From: a virus
Taxonomy: Duplodnaviria; Caudoviricetes
Reading direction: 5' to 3' (one strand)
IMG/VR virus record: IMGVR_UViG_3300046678_000067
Span: 52,827 to 116,826 of that record
Length of the DNA: 64,000 bases
Shown here: piece by piece, positions 63,748 through 64,000 of the stretch
Layout: each line of letters begins with the position of its first letter
Position numbering within the stretch: the first letter of the stretch is position 1
Notes under the pieces: generated by a model
What the model saw: only the letters and a program-made list of their open reading frames with translations
Databases searched by the model: none
Told to the model about the DNA's origin: nothing
Translations under genes and position numbers: made by a program

Positions 63748-64000
63748 TATTGAACGTTTGCATGAAGTGCTGGAAGGAAAGCGATTTGGTCGTGGGGATG
63801 GTCGTACTGTAGCAGGCTTGATTCAGATCGCACAATATGTAGACTTCCATCCTTATGGTAAGCTGATTCATTTCTCCGCTAACTTCACACAAGCAAGAGA
63901 AAACGCATCTGTGTTCTACGAACAAATCCTTCCTGAGTTGGAAATGGATAAGGAGCTAGTTCAAAAGAATCGGGACTACGCAGTGTTTGAGAACGGATGC
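63734..64000 (+). CDS. Hypothetical protein, 3'-truncated by window edge
   Basis: Open frame MMQLNIERLHE... to end of window. Confidence 0.55.
   Translation, partial: MMQLNIERLHEVLEGKRFGRGDGRTVAGLIQIAQYVDFHPYGKLIHFSANFTQARENASVFYEQILPELEMDKELVQKNRDYAVFENGC

Noticed and set aside
1-64000. Genome-wide stop-codon reassignment suggested by the TTA-anticodon tRNA
   Set aside because: Conserved genes (gp23, gp20, gp18, nadV, gp46) are full length in code 11 and end at TAA at expected positions.

Overview
This 64-kb window comes from a lytic T4-like (Tevenvirinae/Ackermannviridae-style) myophage genome read in the standard genetic code. It has four blocks. (1) 1-7.7 kb, + strand: early and accessory genes (Bro-N/antirepressor-like, UvsY, a mini EF-Ts-like protein, a kinase/RNA ligase 1/phosphoesterase RNA-repair trio, exonuclease, macrodomain). 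A coiled-coil gene is followed by a ~316-nt structured ncRNA candidate with ~12 short A-rich repeats. (2) 5.1-12.6 kb: about 21 canonical tRNAs, plus one with a UUA (ochre-reading) anticodon and several tRNA-like RNAs with large insertions; one canonical tRNA is an unusual Ser(AGA). An NMNAT-NUDIX/NAMPT NAD-salvage pair follows. (3) 15.8-46.2 kb, - strand: morphogenesis genes gp23-22-21-20-19-18-17-16-15-14-13, a VrlC-like protein, several tail fibres/RBPs, gp7 and gp6. (4) 46.3-64 kb, + strand: holin-like genes, an SGNH tailspike, an ORF-free structured transcript divergent from RNase H, then gp55, gp47, gp46, primase, a second RNA ligase, an HD hydrolase and many small hypotheticals. Early promoters (TTTACT-N17-TATAAT) and late promoters (CTAARTA) can be read directly. 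All assignments come from motif recognition by eye; no database searches were run.
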